A DNA stretch of 64,000 nucleotides from Candidatus Xenobium occultum (GTDB taxonomy: Bacteria > Vulcanimicrobiota > Xenobia > Xenobiales > Xenobiaceae). This document shows positions 1 through 9,724 of the stretch, piece after piece. Position 1 is the first letter of the stretch. Each line of letters begins with the position of its first letter. Made by a program: the position numbers and the translations under genes. The stretch lies in assembly GCA_002423485.1 (NCBI GenBank), contig DIWH01000081.1, positions 11,612 through 75,611 on the forward strand. Direction: 5' to 3'. Below the pieces are notes generated by a model. That model did no database searches, was not told the DNA's origin, and saw only the letters and a program-made list of their open reading frames with translations.

Positions 1-1
1 G

Positions 2-949
2 GAGGACTCCAATCTGAGCAAGGGTGAGATCGATCGGGTCCTGCTGGTTGGCGGCTCGACCCGCATGCCGCAGGTGTACGATTTCGTTCGGGAATTCTTC
101 GGCAAGGAACCCTCCAAGGACATCAACCCCGACGAGTGCGTGGGCCTGGGAGCCGCAGTCCAGGGGGCCGTGCTCTCCGGAGAGGTCAAGGACGTGGTCC
201 TGGTGGACGTCACTCCGCTGTCGCTTGGGGTCGAGACCCTGGGTGGAGTGATGACCCGGCTGATCGAGCGGAACACGGCCATCCCGACCAAGAAGAGCGA
301 GACCTTCACCACCGCCGCGGATATGCAGACCCAGGTGGAGATCCACGTGCTGCAAGGTGAGCGCGAGTTCGCCCGGGACAACAAGTCCCTGGGGCAGTTC
401 AAACTGACCGATATCCCACCCGCCCCGCGCGGTGTGCCCCAGGTCGAAGTCACCTTCGAGATCGACTCCAACGGCATCCTGAACGTGGCTGCCACCGACA
501 AAGCCAGTGGCAAGAGCCAGAAGATCACGATCACCGCCTCGACCAACCTGTCCAAGGACGAGGTGGAGAAGATGGTGCGCGACGCTGACTCTCACGCCGG
601 CGAGGACAAGCGTCGCCGCGAGGAGATCGAACTGCGCAACCAGGCGGACAGTCTGGTCTACACCACCGAGAAGGCCCTGCGCGACGCGGGGGACAAGGTC
701 CCTGCAGACCTCAAGGCCAGGATCGAAGCTGGTCGGGACCGGGTAAAGAAGGTCCTGGAGGCCTCCACCCTGGACCGCAGCGAGCTGCAGTCCGCCATGG
801 AACAACTGGCCCAGGCGGCCCAGGGGATCGGCGAGCACCTCTATGGCCAGGCCGGAGGCGCCGGGACTCCGCCTGAAGGAGCCGGGACTCCGCCTCAGCA
901 GGGCCCGGTCGAGGGCGAAGTGGTGGACGCCGAATACGAGGTCAAGTAG
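2..949 (+). CDS. dnaK: Molecular chaperone DnaK (Hsp70), C-terminal part; 5' end outside window
   Basis: Translation shows Hsp70 substrate-binding and lid domain ([28 protein letters not shown]) with an acidic C-terminal tail. The frame is open to the window edge. Confidence 0.95.
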   Translation, partial: EDSNLSKGEIDRVLLVGGSTRMPQVYDFVREFFGKEPSKDINPDECVGLGAAVQGAVLSGEVKDVVLVDVTPLSLGVETLGGVMTRLIERNTAIPTKKSETFTTAADMQTQVEIHVLQGEREFARDNKSLGQFKLTDIPPAPRGVPQVEVTFEIDSNGILNVAATDKASGKSQKITITASTNLSKDEVEKMVRDADSHAGEDKRRREEIELRNQADSLVYTTEKALRDAGDKVPADLKARIEAGRDRVKKVLEASTLDRSELQSAMEQLAQAAQGIGEHLYGQAGGAGTPPEGAGTPPQQGPVEGEVVDAEYEVK

Positions 950-1050
950 CCCCCGCAAGTCCGCGGGAAGTCTCAATAGAAGAGCCCCCGCAAGTCCGCG
1001 GGAAGTCTCAATAGAAGAGCCCCCGCAAGTCCGCGGGGGCTCTTCTTGTT
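950..1050. repeat. 35-bp direct tandem repeat (about 2.7 copies) after the dnaK stop; each unit carries a small GC hairpin
   Basis: Unit cccccgcaagtccgcgggaagtctcaatagaagag at 950-984 and 985-1019. A third, diverged copy from 1020 completes the hairpin. Confidence 0.85.
1013..1050 (+). terminator. Intrinsic terminator-like hairpin for dnaK
   Basis: 13-bp perfect stem gaagagcccccgc / gcgggggctcttc around the loop aagtcc, followed by ttgtt. Confidence 0.6.
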
Positions 1051-1054
1051 GGCT

Positions 1055-3589
1055 CTAGCGATCCGAGGCTTGTTCGAGAAGCCAGGCTTCAAGCTCGGGG
1101 TCGCGATTGGCCCGGGCCGTCTCGGCCATGAGGGGGGCCAGGTCCCGCTCGCGGGACTCCAGGCCGCTTCCTGCTGGCAGCAGGCCTCGGCGGTGCTGCA
1201 TCAGGGCTTTGCGAAGGCCCAGGTCCTGTTCGGACTGATAGAGGTTTCGGGGGGCGCGGTACTCCAGCAAGGGCAGGTCATCGGTATTGAGTCGGGCCCC
1301 GGCCCGCCAGGTCCGGAGGTCCTCCAGGTCACACACGTAGCGGCCGTAGAAGCCCAGGGGGGCGGAAACGCCCATGGCCTGCAGGTCCTCTCGGACTTCG
1401 GGATTCTCGCGCCAGACCGTTTCCAGGCGCTGCGGCATCCGGGAGGCGGGCCCCTCTCCCTTCCAACCCAGGAGCAGCAGATCCTTGGCGGCACCCATCC
1501 AGACCTGGCCGTGCGGAAAGACTTCGGCGAAGGTGGCGATCACCATCTGAAGATCCTCTTCCTGCAGGGCCCGCAGGTGGATCCACTGGCAGAGGATGCC
1601 GTCCGGAGTCAACCGTTCCTGGCAGACCTCGTAGAATTCCCGAGTGTAAAGGGAAGCGATTCCTGAGATCCAGGGGTTCGAGGGTTCGATGCTGAGGACG
1701 TCGTAGGGGGCGGACTCCATCAGGACGTTGCGCCCGTCGTTCAGCCGCAGGTGAACCTTGGGGTTCTTCAGGACCTCCCGGTTCCAGGGGGCGAAATATT
1801 CTGCCGCCTCGACCATGGCGGGTTCGATCTCGGCCACATCCAGATGTTCCAGGCCGGGATACAGGGTGAAGGCCCCACCCGTGATGCCGCTTCCCAGACC
1901 GATCACCAGGGCCCGTCGGGCCTGGGGGTGGGCCAGCATGGGCAGGTGTCCCAGCATGGACTGGGTGGCCATGTCCGTCTGCACGGTCGAGGCGTCGGTC
2001 TTCCCGTTCACGCGCAGATACAGGGTGTCGCCGGCCCGGTGGACGCTGACGGTGCTGTCGGAACCATCCCGGTAGAACAGCACGTCCCCGGGGGCCTCGG
2101 GGGCGGCGATTCCCGCCTTCTCCAAGAGCGACGCATAGATGGCGGGGCCGCTGACCATGACCTGCTCGCGCCAGGGGGGAATGGCCAGGGCCAGACCCAG
2201 GACCATCGCCAGTGCGCACGCCATGGCTTTGCGAATCAGGCCCGTGCTACCCGCCAGGCCCACTGCGGCGGTTAGGAGGTTGACCCCGATCGCCAGGCGG
2301 ATGCTGTTCTCCACGCCCATCCAAGGCAGCAGGACCAAACCCGTCCCGGCCGAGGCCACGATCGAGCCCACCGTGTTGGCGGCATAGATTTCGCCCAGAC
2401 GCTGGTAGCGGCGTTGGCTGTGGCTGGCTCCCAGTCGGACCAGCAGCGGCAGCGACAGACCCATCAGCAGGGCCGGCGCCAGCAGGGCCGAGCCGGCCAG
2501 GCTGAAGCCGGCGGCCAGGACCAACGGGAACGAATCGCGGACGGAGGGGAACACGGCCAGGTACAGTCGGGGCAGGATGGGGAAGTAGAGCAGCAGTCCA
2601 CTGACCGCCAGGGCCATCAGGCCCTGGCAGACCGAGAAGGCCAGGACAGGGCTGAGCCGGTTCGGCAGACGGCGAACCAGGAGGCTCCCCAGGCCGATCC
2701 CGCCCAGGAAGAGCGTCAGGACCAGGCTGAAACTGTAGACCGAAGAGCCCAGGACCAGGGCCAGGGCCCGGGTGAAGGTGATCTCGTGAGCCATTGCAGC
2801 CATCCCCGAGAGCGCGGCGGCGGCCAGCAACCAGGGGTGTGGCAGGCCGGGGCTGGAGTCCGCCGCGTGCGCGCCCTCTCCGGTCTCTCTATCGACCTCT
2901 CCAGAAGGGTCCTCGAGCAGGGCCGAGGGCCAGCGCACCGAGAGGGCTGCCCCCAGCAGGCCGACCAGCACGTTCCCCGCGGCAGCCAGGTAGAGGGTGG
3001 TCTGCAGGCCCAGGGTGGGCAGGGCCAGGAAGCCCGCCAGGCCGGCCCCGGTCATGGCTCCGACCGTGTTCAGGCCGTACAGCAATGGAAATGAGGCCGC
3101 CAGGCTGCGGTAGGACGCCGCCGCGCGGCACATCAAAGGCAGGGTGGCCCCCATCGCGACGGTGGGGGGCAGCAGGACGGGGACCACCATGGCCGCCTTC
3201 CAGCCCAGGGGAACCCCCTCCGCACCGGCCAGGCCGGCCAGGCCTTGATGCATCCGCTCGAAGAAGGTCGGGGTGAGGGCGGCGTACAGGCCCAGGCCGG
3301 CTTCCAGGACGGCATACCAGAGCAGGGCGCGAGCCGGTTGCAGTCGCTCGGCCAGGCGCCCGCCCAGCCCGCTTCCCAGCGCCAGGCCACCCATGAAGAC
3401 GGCGACCACCAGGCCGACCGCCGAGGTGGAGTTCCCCAGGATCAGGGTCAGGCTCCGGCTCCACAGGACCTGGTATACCAAGCTGAGGGCCCCTGACAGG
3501 AAGAAGAGGGCAAAGATCCAGAAGGCGGTGCCTCTTGGGGAGTGGACCCGGTTCGGTCCAGGCGGGGACGAAGGAAGATGGCTCAAGGG
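1055..3589 (-). CDS. Fused polytopic membrane protein with C-terminal spermidine-synthase (aminopropyltransferase) domain; start uncertain (no clean start codon near first TM helix)
   Basis: N-terminal about 500 aa with many TM helices. C-terminal VIGLGSGITGG...SIEPSNPW...DGILCQWIH is the spermidine synthase fold. The 938-aa ORF is N-terminally over-extended. Confidence 0.7.
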   Translation of the reverse strand, partial: PLSHLPSSPPGPNRVHSPRGTAFWIFALFFLSGALSLVYQVLWSRSLTLILGNSTSAVGLVVAVFMGGLALGSGLGGRLAERLQPARALLWYAVLEAGLGLYAALTPTFFERMHQGLAGLAGAEGVPLGWKAAMVVPVLLPPTVAMGATLPLMCRAAASYRSLAASFPLLYGLNTVGAMTGAGLAGFLALPTLGLQTTLYLAAAGNVLVGLLGAALSVRWPSALLEDPSGEVDRETGEGAHAADSSPGLPHPWLLAAAALSGMAAMAHEITFTRALALVLGSSVYSFSLVLTLFLGGIGLGSLLVRRLPNRLSPVLAFSVCQGLMALAVSGLLLYFPILPRLYLAVFPSVRDSFPLVLAAGFSLAGSALLAPALLMGLSLPLLVRLGASHSQRRYQRLGEIYAANTVGSIVASAGTGLVLLPWMGVENSIRLAIGVNLLTAAVGLAGSTGLIRKAMACALAMVLGLALAIPPWREQVMVSGPAIYASLLEKAGIAAPEAPGDVLFYRDGSDSTVSVHRAGDTLYLRVNGKTDASTVQTDMATQSMLGHLPMLAHPQARRALVIGLGSGITGGAFTLYPGLEHLDVAEIEPAMVEAAEYFAPWNREVLKNPKVHLRLNDGRNVLMESAPYDVLSIEPSNPWISGIASLYTREFYEVCQERLTPDGILCQWIHLRALQEEDLQMVIATFAEVFPHGQVWMGAAKDLLLLGWKGEGPASRMPQRLETVWRENPEVREDLQAMGVSAPLGFYGRYVCDLEDLRTWRAGARLNTDDLPLLEYRAPRNLYQSEQDLGLRKALMQHRRGLLPAGSGLESRERDLAPLMAETARANRDPELEAWLLEQASDR

Positions 3590-3751
3590 GCCTCCGGACT
3601 CTCGGCTGCCGGCGCGTCGGATGCGGGCGCCCGGACGTTCGCGGGGGAATTCCTGCCTCCTCCGCCCCGAGGGAAGATGACCCCCTCCGGGGAAGGGCGG
3701 TCCGGTCCGGGGGACAGGGATTCGGGGAATCGGATGGGGAATGGGCCGGGC

Positions 3752-6625
3752 ATGTCCTTGCAGTTGCCTCCAACCCCCCACGCCCTTCCTCCGGAGGAGT
3801 TGATCCGTTTTCTGGAGGTCGACCCGGAGGTTGGTCTGGACCTTCAGGAGGTGCAGCGCCGCCGAGAGCACTTCGGCCCCAACGAACTTTCGGCCGCCGA
3901 ACCCGTGTCGCCCTGGCGGATCCTGATCCGCCAGTTCCAGGACCTTATGGTGGCGATCCTGCTGGCCGCTGCGGCGGTTTCACTGGGGGCCTGGTTGCTG
4001 GAGGGGGCCGAGGCCCTTCCCGCCGACACCCTGGTGATCGCGGCCATCGTGGTGCTCAATGCAGGATTGGGTTTCGCCCAGGAGTTCCGTGCCGAGAAGA
4101 CGATCGACGAGTTGCGCCGCATGGCCTCGGTGCGCAGCCGCGTGCGTCGGGCGGGCCAGGAAACCAGCGTGTTGCGCGAAGAGCTGGTTCCCGGGGACGT
4201 GGTCATGCTGGAGGAAGGGGACCGGGTCCCGGCCGACCTGGTCCTGCTCTCAGCCCGGAGGCTGCGGGCCGATGAGAGCATGCTGACCGGAGAGTCGCTT
4301 CCCGTCAGCAAGCGTTCCGGCCCGGTGCCCGCCGAGTCTCCCGTGGACTCTCGGACATGCTGCGTGTTCGCGGGCAGCACCTTGACCGCGGGTCAAGGCC
4401 GGGGTGTGGTGGTGGGCACCGGAAGCGCGACCGAGCTGGGTGGGATTGCGACCAGTCTGGCCAGCACCACTCCGCCTCCCACCCCTCTTCAGCAACGCCT
4501 GGACCAGTTGGGTCGGCAGATCGGGCTGGGAGTCTTGATCCTGAGCGTCCTGATCGGCTTGACCCTTTTGGCCGTCGAGGGGCGAATGAGCATGGGCGTC
4601 CTGCTGCGGGTCCTGATGTTTGCCGTGGCCCTGGCCGTGGCCGCGGTTCCCGAGGGGCTGCCTGCCGTGCTGACCATCTCGCTGTCGGTGGGGGCGCGTC
4701 GCCTGGCCCGGCGCCGGGCCGTGGTGCGGCGGATGGCGGCCGTCGAAACCCTGGGCTCGGTGACCACCATCGTGACCGACAAGACCGGGACCCTGACCCA
4801 CAACCAGATGACCGTGCAGCGCGTGTGGTTCGACGGCCAGGAGTTGGAGGTGACCGGGCGTGGCTGCGAGGTGAGCGGAGAGGTCCTTGGGGCCCCTGTC
4901 CTGGAGGGTGGCTGGAAGGCCCTCCTGGCGGCCGGCTGCCTGGCCAGCACCGCGGATCTGCAAGAGACGCCGGGGCAGCCCCGCCGGGCCCTGGGAGACC
5001 CGACCGAAGCCGCCTTGTTGGTGCTGGCCGACAAGGCGGGCCTGGACTGGCGCGCCTTGCGTCAGGAGCAGCCGGAGCTGGCCCTGGCGCCCTTCAGCTC
5101 GGAACGGGCTCGGATGTCTTCGCTGAGGCAGGGCCCCGAGGGCGCGTGCCTCTACCTCAAGGGCAGCCCCGAGCAGGTCCTGGCCCGTTCGACCGCCATC
5201 TGGAGCGGTGGGCGCGCCGTCCCGTTGTCTCCCCTCGAGCGGGAGGCCTTGCTGGAGGCGGAGACCCGCCTGGCAGACCAGGGCCTGCGGACCCTGGCGT
5301 TGGCCTTCCGCAGGCTGGAGGTCTCCGAGGGGGGCAATCCGGCCGCCGAGGACTTCGAGCAGGACCTGGTCTTCCTGGGAATGGCGGCCATGCACGACCC
5401 CGCCCGCGAGGCCGTGCCCGCCGCCATGAAGCGTTGTCGGGGCGCGGGGATTCGGGTCTTGATGCTGACCGGAGACCACCCTCACACGGCCCTGACCATC
5501 GCCCGTTCGGTGGGCCTTTCCGAGGAGGATCCCAGCGCGCCCGCTCCCCAGGTCCTGACGGGGGCGGAGATCGCCGGGATGCAGGACGAGGAGCTCGACC
5601 AGGCGCTCACGTCCTGCCGCGTCTTCGCCCGGGTCTCGCCTCAGGCCAAGCTGCGCCTCGTCGAGCGCCTTCTGGCCCGGGGCGAGGTGGTGGCCATGAC
5701 CGGCGATGGGTTGAACGACGCGCCGGCCCTGAAGAAGGTGCACGTGGGCATGGCCATGGGATCCGGCACGGCCGTGGCCATCGAGGCCAGTGAGGTGGTC
5801 TTGCTGGACGACGACTTCGCCACCATCGTGACCGCCATCGAGGGAGGCCGGGGGGTCTTCACCAACGTCCAGAAATTCATCGCCTTCCTCTTCAGCGGGA
5901 ATCTCGGCGTCGTGCTGGCCATGTTCGCCGGGACGATCATGGCCGGGATCTACAGCCTGGTGGACCATCGGGGGATTCTGTTGCCCCTGACCGCGGGTCA
6001 GATCCTGTGGATGAACCTGGTCACCGACGGGGCCCCGGCCGTGGCCTTCTCGTTGAGCGGGACCCGCCCGGGGATGCTGGAGGAGCCGCCGCGCCGGCCC
6101 GATTCGCCCATCCTCTCACCCGATCTGTGGCGCTTCCTGGGGGTGACGGGGGTCTGGGTGGCCCTTTTGCTGCTGGTGGTCCTGGACGGCCTGTACTCCG
6201 GGGGGGTCCTGACCCTGCCCGGTTCTTGGGACCTGGCCGGTGCCGGCACCTGGGTGGACCCCGACCGGGCCCGCAGCGCGGCCTTCTACGTCGTGGTCAC
6301 GGCCCGGCTCTTCAACGCCATGAACTTCCAGGCCCTTCCCGGACCGCTCTTCTGCCGTGAGGCCTGGAAGGACCTGTACGTGCCGGCTGCCTGCCTGGTC
6401 TCGTGGGCACTGACCATGATGCTCCTGGCCTGGGAGCCCTTGCGGAGGCTCTTCTCCCTGGTTCCCCTGACGCTGGTCGAATTGGCCGTGTTGACCGGTC
6501 TGGCCTCCACCATCCTCCTGGTGGGGGAGGGGTGGAAGTGTGTGGTCGGGGTGCGCCTGGCAGCGGCGTCCGGGGAAACCTCCAGGGTGTTGACGAAGTC
6601 TGACACAGCAACGACCGAGGTCTGA
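3752..6625 (+). CDS. P-type cation-transporting ATPase (P2-type, Ca2+/Mg2+ class)
   Basis: DKTGTLT phosphorylation motif, PEGLP, MLTGDH and GDGLNDAPALKK motifs, about 10 TM segments. Start trimmed to ATG 3752 (conserved N-terminus ELIRFLEVDPEVGL). Confidence 0.9.
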   Translation: MSLQLPPTPHALPPEELIRFLEVDPEVGLDLQEVQRRREHFGPNELSAAEPVSPWRILIRQFQDLMVAILLAAAAVSLGAWLLEGAEALPADTLVIAAIVVLNAGLGFAQEFRAEKTIDELRRMASVRSRVRRAGQETSVLREELVPGDVVMLEEGDRVPADLVLLSARRLRADESMLTGESLPVSKRSGPVPAESPVDSRTCCVFAGSTLTAGQGRGVVVGTGSATELGGIATSLASTTPPPTPLQQRLDQLGRQIGLGVLILSVLIGLTLLAVEGRMSMGVLLRVLMFAVALAVAAVPEGLPAVLTISLSVGARRLARRRAVVRRMAAVETLGSVTTIVTDKTGTLTHNQMTVQRVWFDGQELEVTGRGCEVSGEVLGAPVLEGGWKALLAAGCLASTADLQETPGQPRRALGDPTEAALLVLADKAGLDWRALRQEQPELALAPFSSERARMSSLRQGPEGACLYLKGSPEQVLARSTAIWSGGRAVPLSPLEREALLEAETRLADQGLRTLALAFRRLEVSEGGNPAAEDFEQDLVFLGMAAMHDPAREAVPAAMKRCRGAGIRVLMLTGDHPHTALTIARSVGLSEEDPSAPAPQVLTGAEIAGMQDEELDQALTSCRVFARVSPQAKLRLVERLLARGEVVAMTGDGLNDAPALKKVHVGMAMGSGTAVAIEASEVVLLDDDFATIVTAIEGGRGVFTNVQKFIAFLFSGNLGVVLAMFAGTIMAGIYSLVDHRGILLPLTAGQILWMNLVTDGAPAVAFSLSGTRPGMLEEPPRRPDSPILSPDLWRFLGVTGVWVALLLLVVLDGLYSGGVLTLPGSWDLAGAGTWVDPDRARSAAFYVVVTARLFNAMNFQALPGPLFCREAWKDLYVPAACLVSWALTMMLLAWEPLRRLFSLVPLTLVELAVLTGLASTILLVGEGWKCVVGVRLAAASGETSRVLTKSDTATTEV

Positions 6626-6649
6626 CCCGGCCCTGGAGGATCCGCCAAG

Positions 6650-7435
6650 ATGCCCCTGCGATTTCGCCAAGCCGCTCTGTTGATGCTGCTGTTCCTGGTC
6701 TTCAGCGTGCCGGCCCTGGCCAGCCTGATCTCTCAGGACCAGGAGATCCAGATCGGCCGAGAAGGGTCGCGTCAGTTGGAGCAGCGCTATCGGGTGGTGA
6801 CCGACCTGCCCGTCCAGGAGCGCATCACCCGCATCGGGCAGGCCCTGGCCGGCCAGGGAACCCGAGGGATCCCCTATCAGTTCAAGGTGATCGACGTCCG
6901 CGATCTCAACGCCCTGGCATTCCCTGGGGGCTTCATCTACGCGACGCGGGGGTTGATGGACGCCATGCCCGACGGGCAACTGGCCTTCGTCCTGGGCCAC
7001 GAGGTGGCCCACGTCGAGAAGCGCCACTCGGTCCAGCAGATGGAGGCGCAGATCTACACCCAGGTCGGGGTCGGGGCCCTGATCTCGATCCTGGGAGGCG
7101 GGAAGAACGACCAGGGGACCCTCAATACGGTCCAGGTGGCCAACGCCATCGTCAGCAGCCGCTACAGTCAGGAGGCGGAGCGGGAGGCCGATCGCGAGGG
7201 GATGAGGCTGATGGGGCTGGCCGGTTTCGACCCTCAAGGCGCCGTGGCGGCCCTGGAGACGCTGAAGAGCCATGACGGAGGCCGGGAGGTTCCCGGGTTC
7301 CTCAACTCGCTGCTGGGATCCCACCCGTTGACCTCCGAGCGGATTCAGGCGGCCCGGGAACTGGCTCCCCAGATCCCCTTCAACCGCTCCCAGGCCCCGA
7401 GCCAGCCGGCCCCCTTGTTCACGCCCGTCCCCTGA
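6650..7435 (+). CDS. M48-family zinc metallopeptidase (secreted/periplasmic)
   Basis: Signal peptide, HEVAHVEKRH (HExxH) motif, M48 fold. Confidence 0.8.
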   Translation: MPLRFRQAALLMLLFLVFSVPALASLISQDQEIQIGREGSRQLEQRYRVVTDLPVQERITRIGQALAGQGTRGIPYQFKVIDVRDLNALAFPGGFIYATRGLMDAMPDGQLAFVLGHEVAHVEKRHSVQQMEAQIYTQVGVGALISILGGGKNDQGTLNTVQVANAIVSSRYSQEAEREADREGMRLMGLAGFDPQGAVAALETLKSHDGGREVPGFLNSLLGSHPLTSERIQAARELAPQIPFNRSQAPSQPAPLFTPVP

Positions 7436-7445
7436 GGCGGGGCTC

Positions 7446-8477
7446 TCAGGACGAGGAGGGGGGCGTGCGGACCAGCCCGGTTGCGTTGGGGCCTTTGAGG
7501 ATCAGGACCGGACGGTCCGCCCGGCGCACCACCACCCGGGCCGTGCTTCCCAGCGGGATGCCCACCACCGTGCGGCGGCCCCGGCTGCCCATGACCACCA
7601 GGTCTGCGTTCTGGCGTTCCGCCTGTTCGACGATGACCGTCGCGGCCGGCCCCCCATCCACCAGGCATTTACAGGGCACGGGAATCAGGCGCTCGCGCAG
7701 GGCCTCGATCTTGGCCCGGGCCGCTTCCAGGCGGAGGGCTTCCCGCTCGGGGCGTCCCCTGCCGCCCGAATTTTCCTCCATGACGTGCAGCAGGATCATC
7801 CGCGCTCCGTAGTGGCGTGCCAGCGCCACACCCACCACCACGGCTTCCTCCGCTCCGCGCGAGAAGTCCACGGGAACCAGCACCGAGCGCAATTCGACGA
7901 TGTGGGTCTGCCGCCCGTGCCGGGCCTCCTGCTTCTTCTTCGCGGCGGCACGGGAGGCGGCCACCAGCTTGCGGTCCAGCTTCTCGAAGAAGAAATCGTC
8001 GGGGCTCTTGGGGACTTGTCGCAGTTCCAGGCCTCGGACCTCGGCCATGTTGGGGGGTTCCACGTGGGGCTGCTCGAGCTCCCGGATCAGCGTCCGCTGG
8101 CTCTTGATGGTCATGATGGCGCAAGGGATGCGGCTGATGACCCGTTCGGTCACGCTGCCCAGAAGCTGGCGGTCGAGGCCGCGCCAGGCATGAGTGGTCA
8201 CGATCATCAGGGCCTGGTCCAGACTGGCAGCCACGTCGTACAGGAAGCCCACGGGCGAGGCCACTGCAATCCTGGTGCGATAGGGCAACGGAGCCAGCCT
8301 CTGGCCGATCTCCTCCAGCTTTCGACGGGCGACATCCAGGTCGCAGTCGTAGGTGCAGGCGTGAGCCAGGACGATTTCGGCTCCGTGCTCCCGGGCCAGT
8401 TCCCAGGCCACCGGGATGGCCTGTAACGAGAAGTCGGAGAAGTCCGTGGGCACCAGGATGGTCTTCAGTTCGAGCAT
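7446..8477 (-). CDS. Universal stress protein, tandem UspA domains
   Basis: Two UspA domains (ILVPTDFSDFS..., LVPVDFSRGAEEA..., GSRGR). Start trimmed to ATG 8477; the 558-aa ORF is over-extended. Confidence 0.85.
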   Translation of the reverse strand: MLELKTILVPTDFSDFSLQAIPVAWELAREHGAEIVLAHACTYDCDLDVARRKLEEIGQRLAPLPYRTRIAVASPVGFLYDVAASLDQALMIVTTHAWRGLDRQLLGSVTERVISRIPCAIMTIKSQRTLIRELEQPHVEPPNMAEVRGLELRQVPKSPDDFFFEKLDRKLVAASRAAAKKKQEARHGRQTHIVELRSVLVPVDFSRGAEEAVVVGVALARHYGARMILLHVMEENSGGRGRPEREALRLEAARAKIEALRERLIPVPCKCLVDGGPAATVIVEQAERQNADLVVMGSRGRRTVVGIPLGSTARVVVRRADRPVLILKGPNATGLVRTPPSSS

Positions 8478-8548
8478 GGCCGCCTGCTCCTCGTGGGGTT
8501 CCCAGGTGATTCGGAAGGGTCTGGCCTGGACCCTTCGCCGTCTTGCCT

Positions 8549-9724
8549 CTACCCCCCCCTGTCGGGGGGCTCGCAAGAGAGCGAGTCCAGAGGGTCGACG
8601 ATTCCTGCGGGCTGGGCCAGGAGCCGGTACAGGGTGTCCCGACGAGCTGGCAACCGACCCGCATCGCGGATCAACCGGTTGAGCTCCCGAGGAGGCTGGA
8701 ACTCGCCATGTTTCGAGCCAGCGGCCGTCGAGATGTTCTCGGCCAGCAAGGTTCCGCCCAGGTCGTTGGCTCCACAGTCCAGCAGGATCTGGGCCAGTCG
8801 AGGGCCCTCCTTGACCCAGGAGGCCTGGATGTTGCGGAAGGTCTGGCCCAGGACCACCCGCGCCAGGGCATGGACGACCAGGACCTCGCACCCGGTGGCC
8901 CCTGCCCGCAGTTCGGGGATCCTCGAGTCCAGCCAGGCCGGGGCCTGATGGTGGACAAAGCTCAGAGGCACGAACTCGGTGAAGCCGCCGGTCTGCTCCT
9001 GGATGGTTCGCAGCCTCAGCAGGTGGCGGGCCAGGTGAGACGGCTCCTCCAGGAAGCCATACATGACCGTCGAGGTCGTGGTGAGGCCCAGGCGGTGCGC
9101 CGTGGTGATCACTTCGACCCACTCCTCGACCCGGATCCGGCGGGGTGAGATCCGGTCCCGGAGGCCCTGGTCCAGGATCTCCGCCGAGGTTCCCGGCAGG
9201 CTGCCCAGCCCCGCGTCCTTGAGGGCGCGCAGCAGGTCCTCCACGCTCCGTCCGCTGGCTCGGGCCCCGTGCAGGATCTCCTGGGGCGAGAAGGCGTGCA
9301 GGTGCATCCGGGGGTGGCGCTCCTTGAGGGCGCGGGTCAGACGCACGTAGTCCTCCCCGTCCAGGTCGGGGGCCAACCCGGCCTGCAAGCAGACCTCGCT
9401 CACCCCCAGGGCGGCAGCCTGGTCGACCCGGGACTGCATCTGCTCCAGCGAGATCCGCCAGGCGTCCGGGGCTCCCGGAGGGCGCGAGAAGGCGCAGAAT
9501 CCGCAGCGCGCCGTGCAGATGTTGGTGTAGTTCAGGTTGAGGTTGGCCACCCAGGTGACCCGCTCGCCCACCTGGAGTCGGCGCAACTCGTCCGCCGCGC
9601 CGGTGAGCGCCTTCAACTCCGTGCCTCGGACCGAGGCCAGCAGGGTGGCCTCCTCCAGGGTGGTGGGATGGCCCTCCAGGGCCCGGTTCAAGGCCCGACG
9701 GACTTCGGCGCGGATGATGGTCAT
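8549..9724 (-). CDS. cofH: Radical SAM FO synthase subunit 2 (7,8-didemethyl-8-hydroxy-5-deazariboflavin synthase CofH)
   Basis: NLNYTNICTARCGFCAF (CxxxCxFCAF) radical SAM motif. ATGA overlap with upstream cofG-like gene. MqnC is the alternative family. Confidence 0.65.
   Translation of the reverse strand: MTIIRAEVRRALNRALEGHPTTLEEATLLASVRGTELKALTGAADELRRLQVGERVTWVANLNLNYTNICTARCGFCAFSRPPGAPDAWRISLEQMQSRVDQAAALGVSEVCLQAGLAPDLDGEDYVRLTRALKERHPRMHLHAFSPQEILHGARASGRSVEDLLRALKDAGLGSLPGTSAEILDQGLRDRISPRRIRVEEWVEVITTAHRLGLTTTSTVMYGFLEEPSHLARHLLRLRTIQEQTGGFTEFVPLSFVHHQAPAWLDSRIPELRAGATGCEVLVVHALARVVLGQTFRNIQASWVKEGPRLAQILLDCGANDLGGTLLAENISTAAGSKHGEFQPPRELNRLIRDAGRLPARRDTLYRLLAQPAGIVDPLDSLSCEPPDRGG

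Noticed and set aside
950-1050. Possible CRISPR array (35-bp direct repeats)
   Set aside because: Only about 2.7 abutting copies with no spacers, and the third copy forms a terminator stem. This is tandem repeat and terminator, not CRISPR. No cas genes are present.
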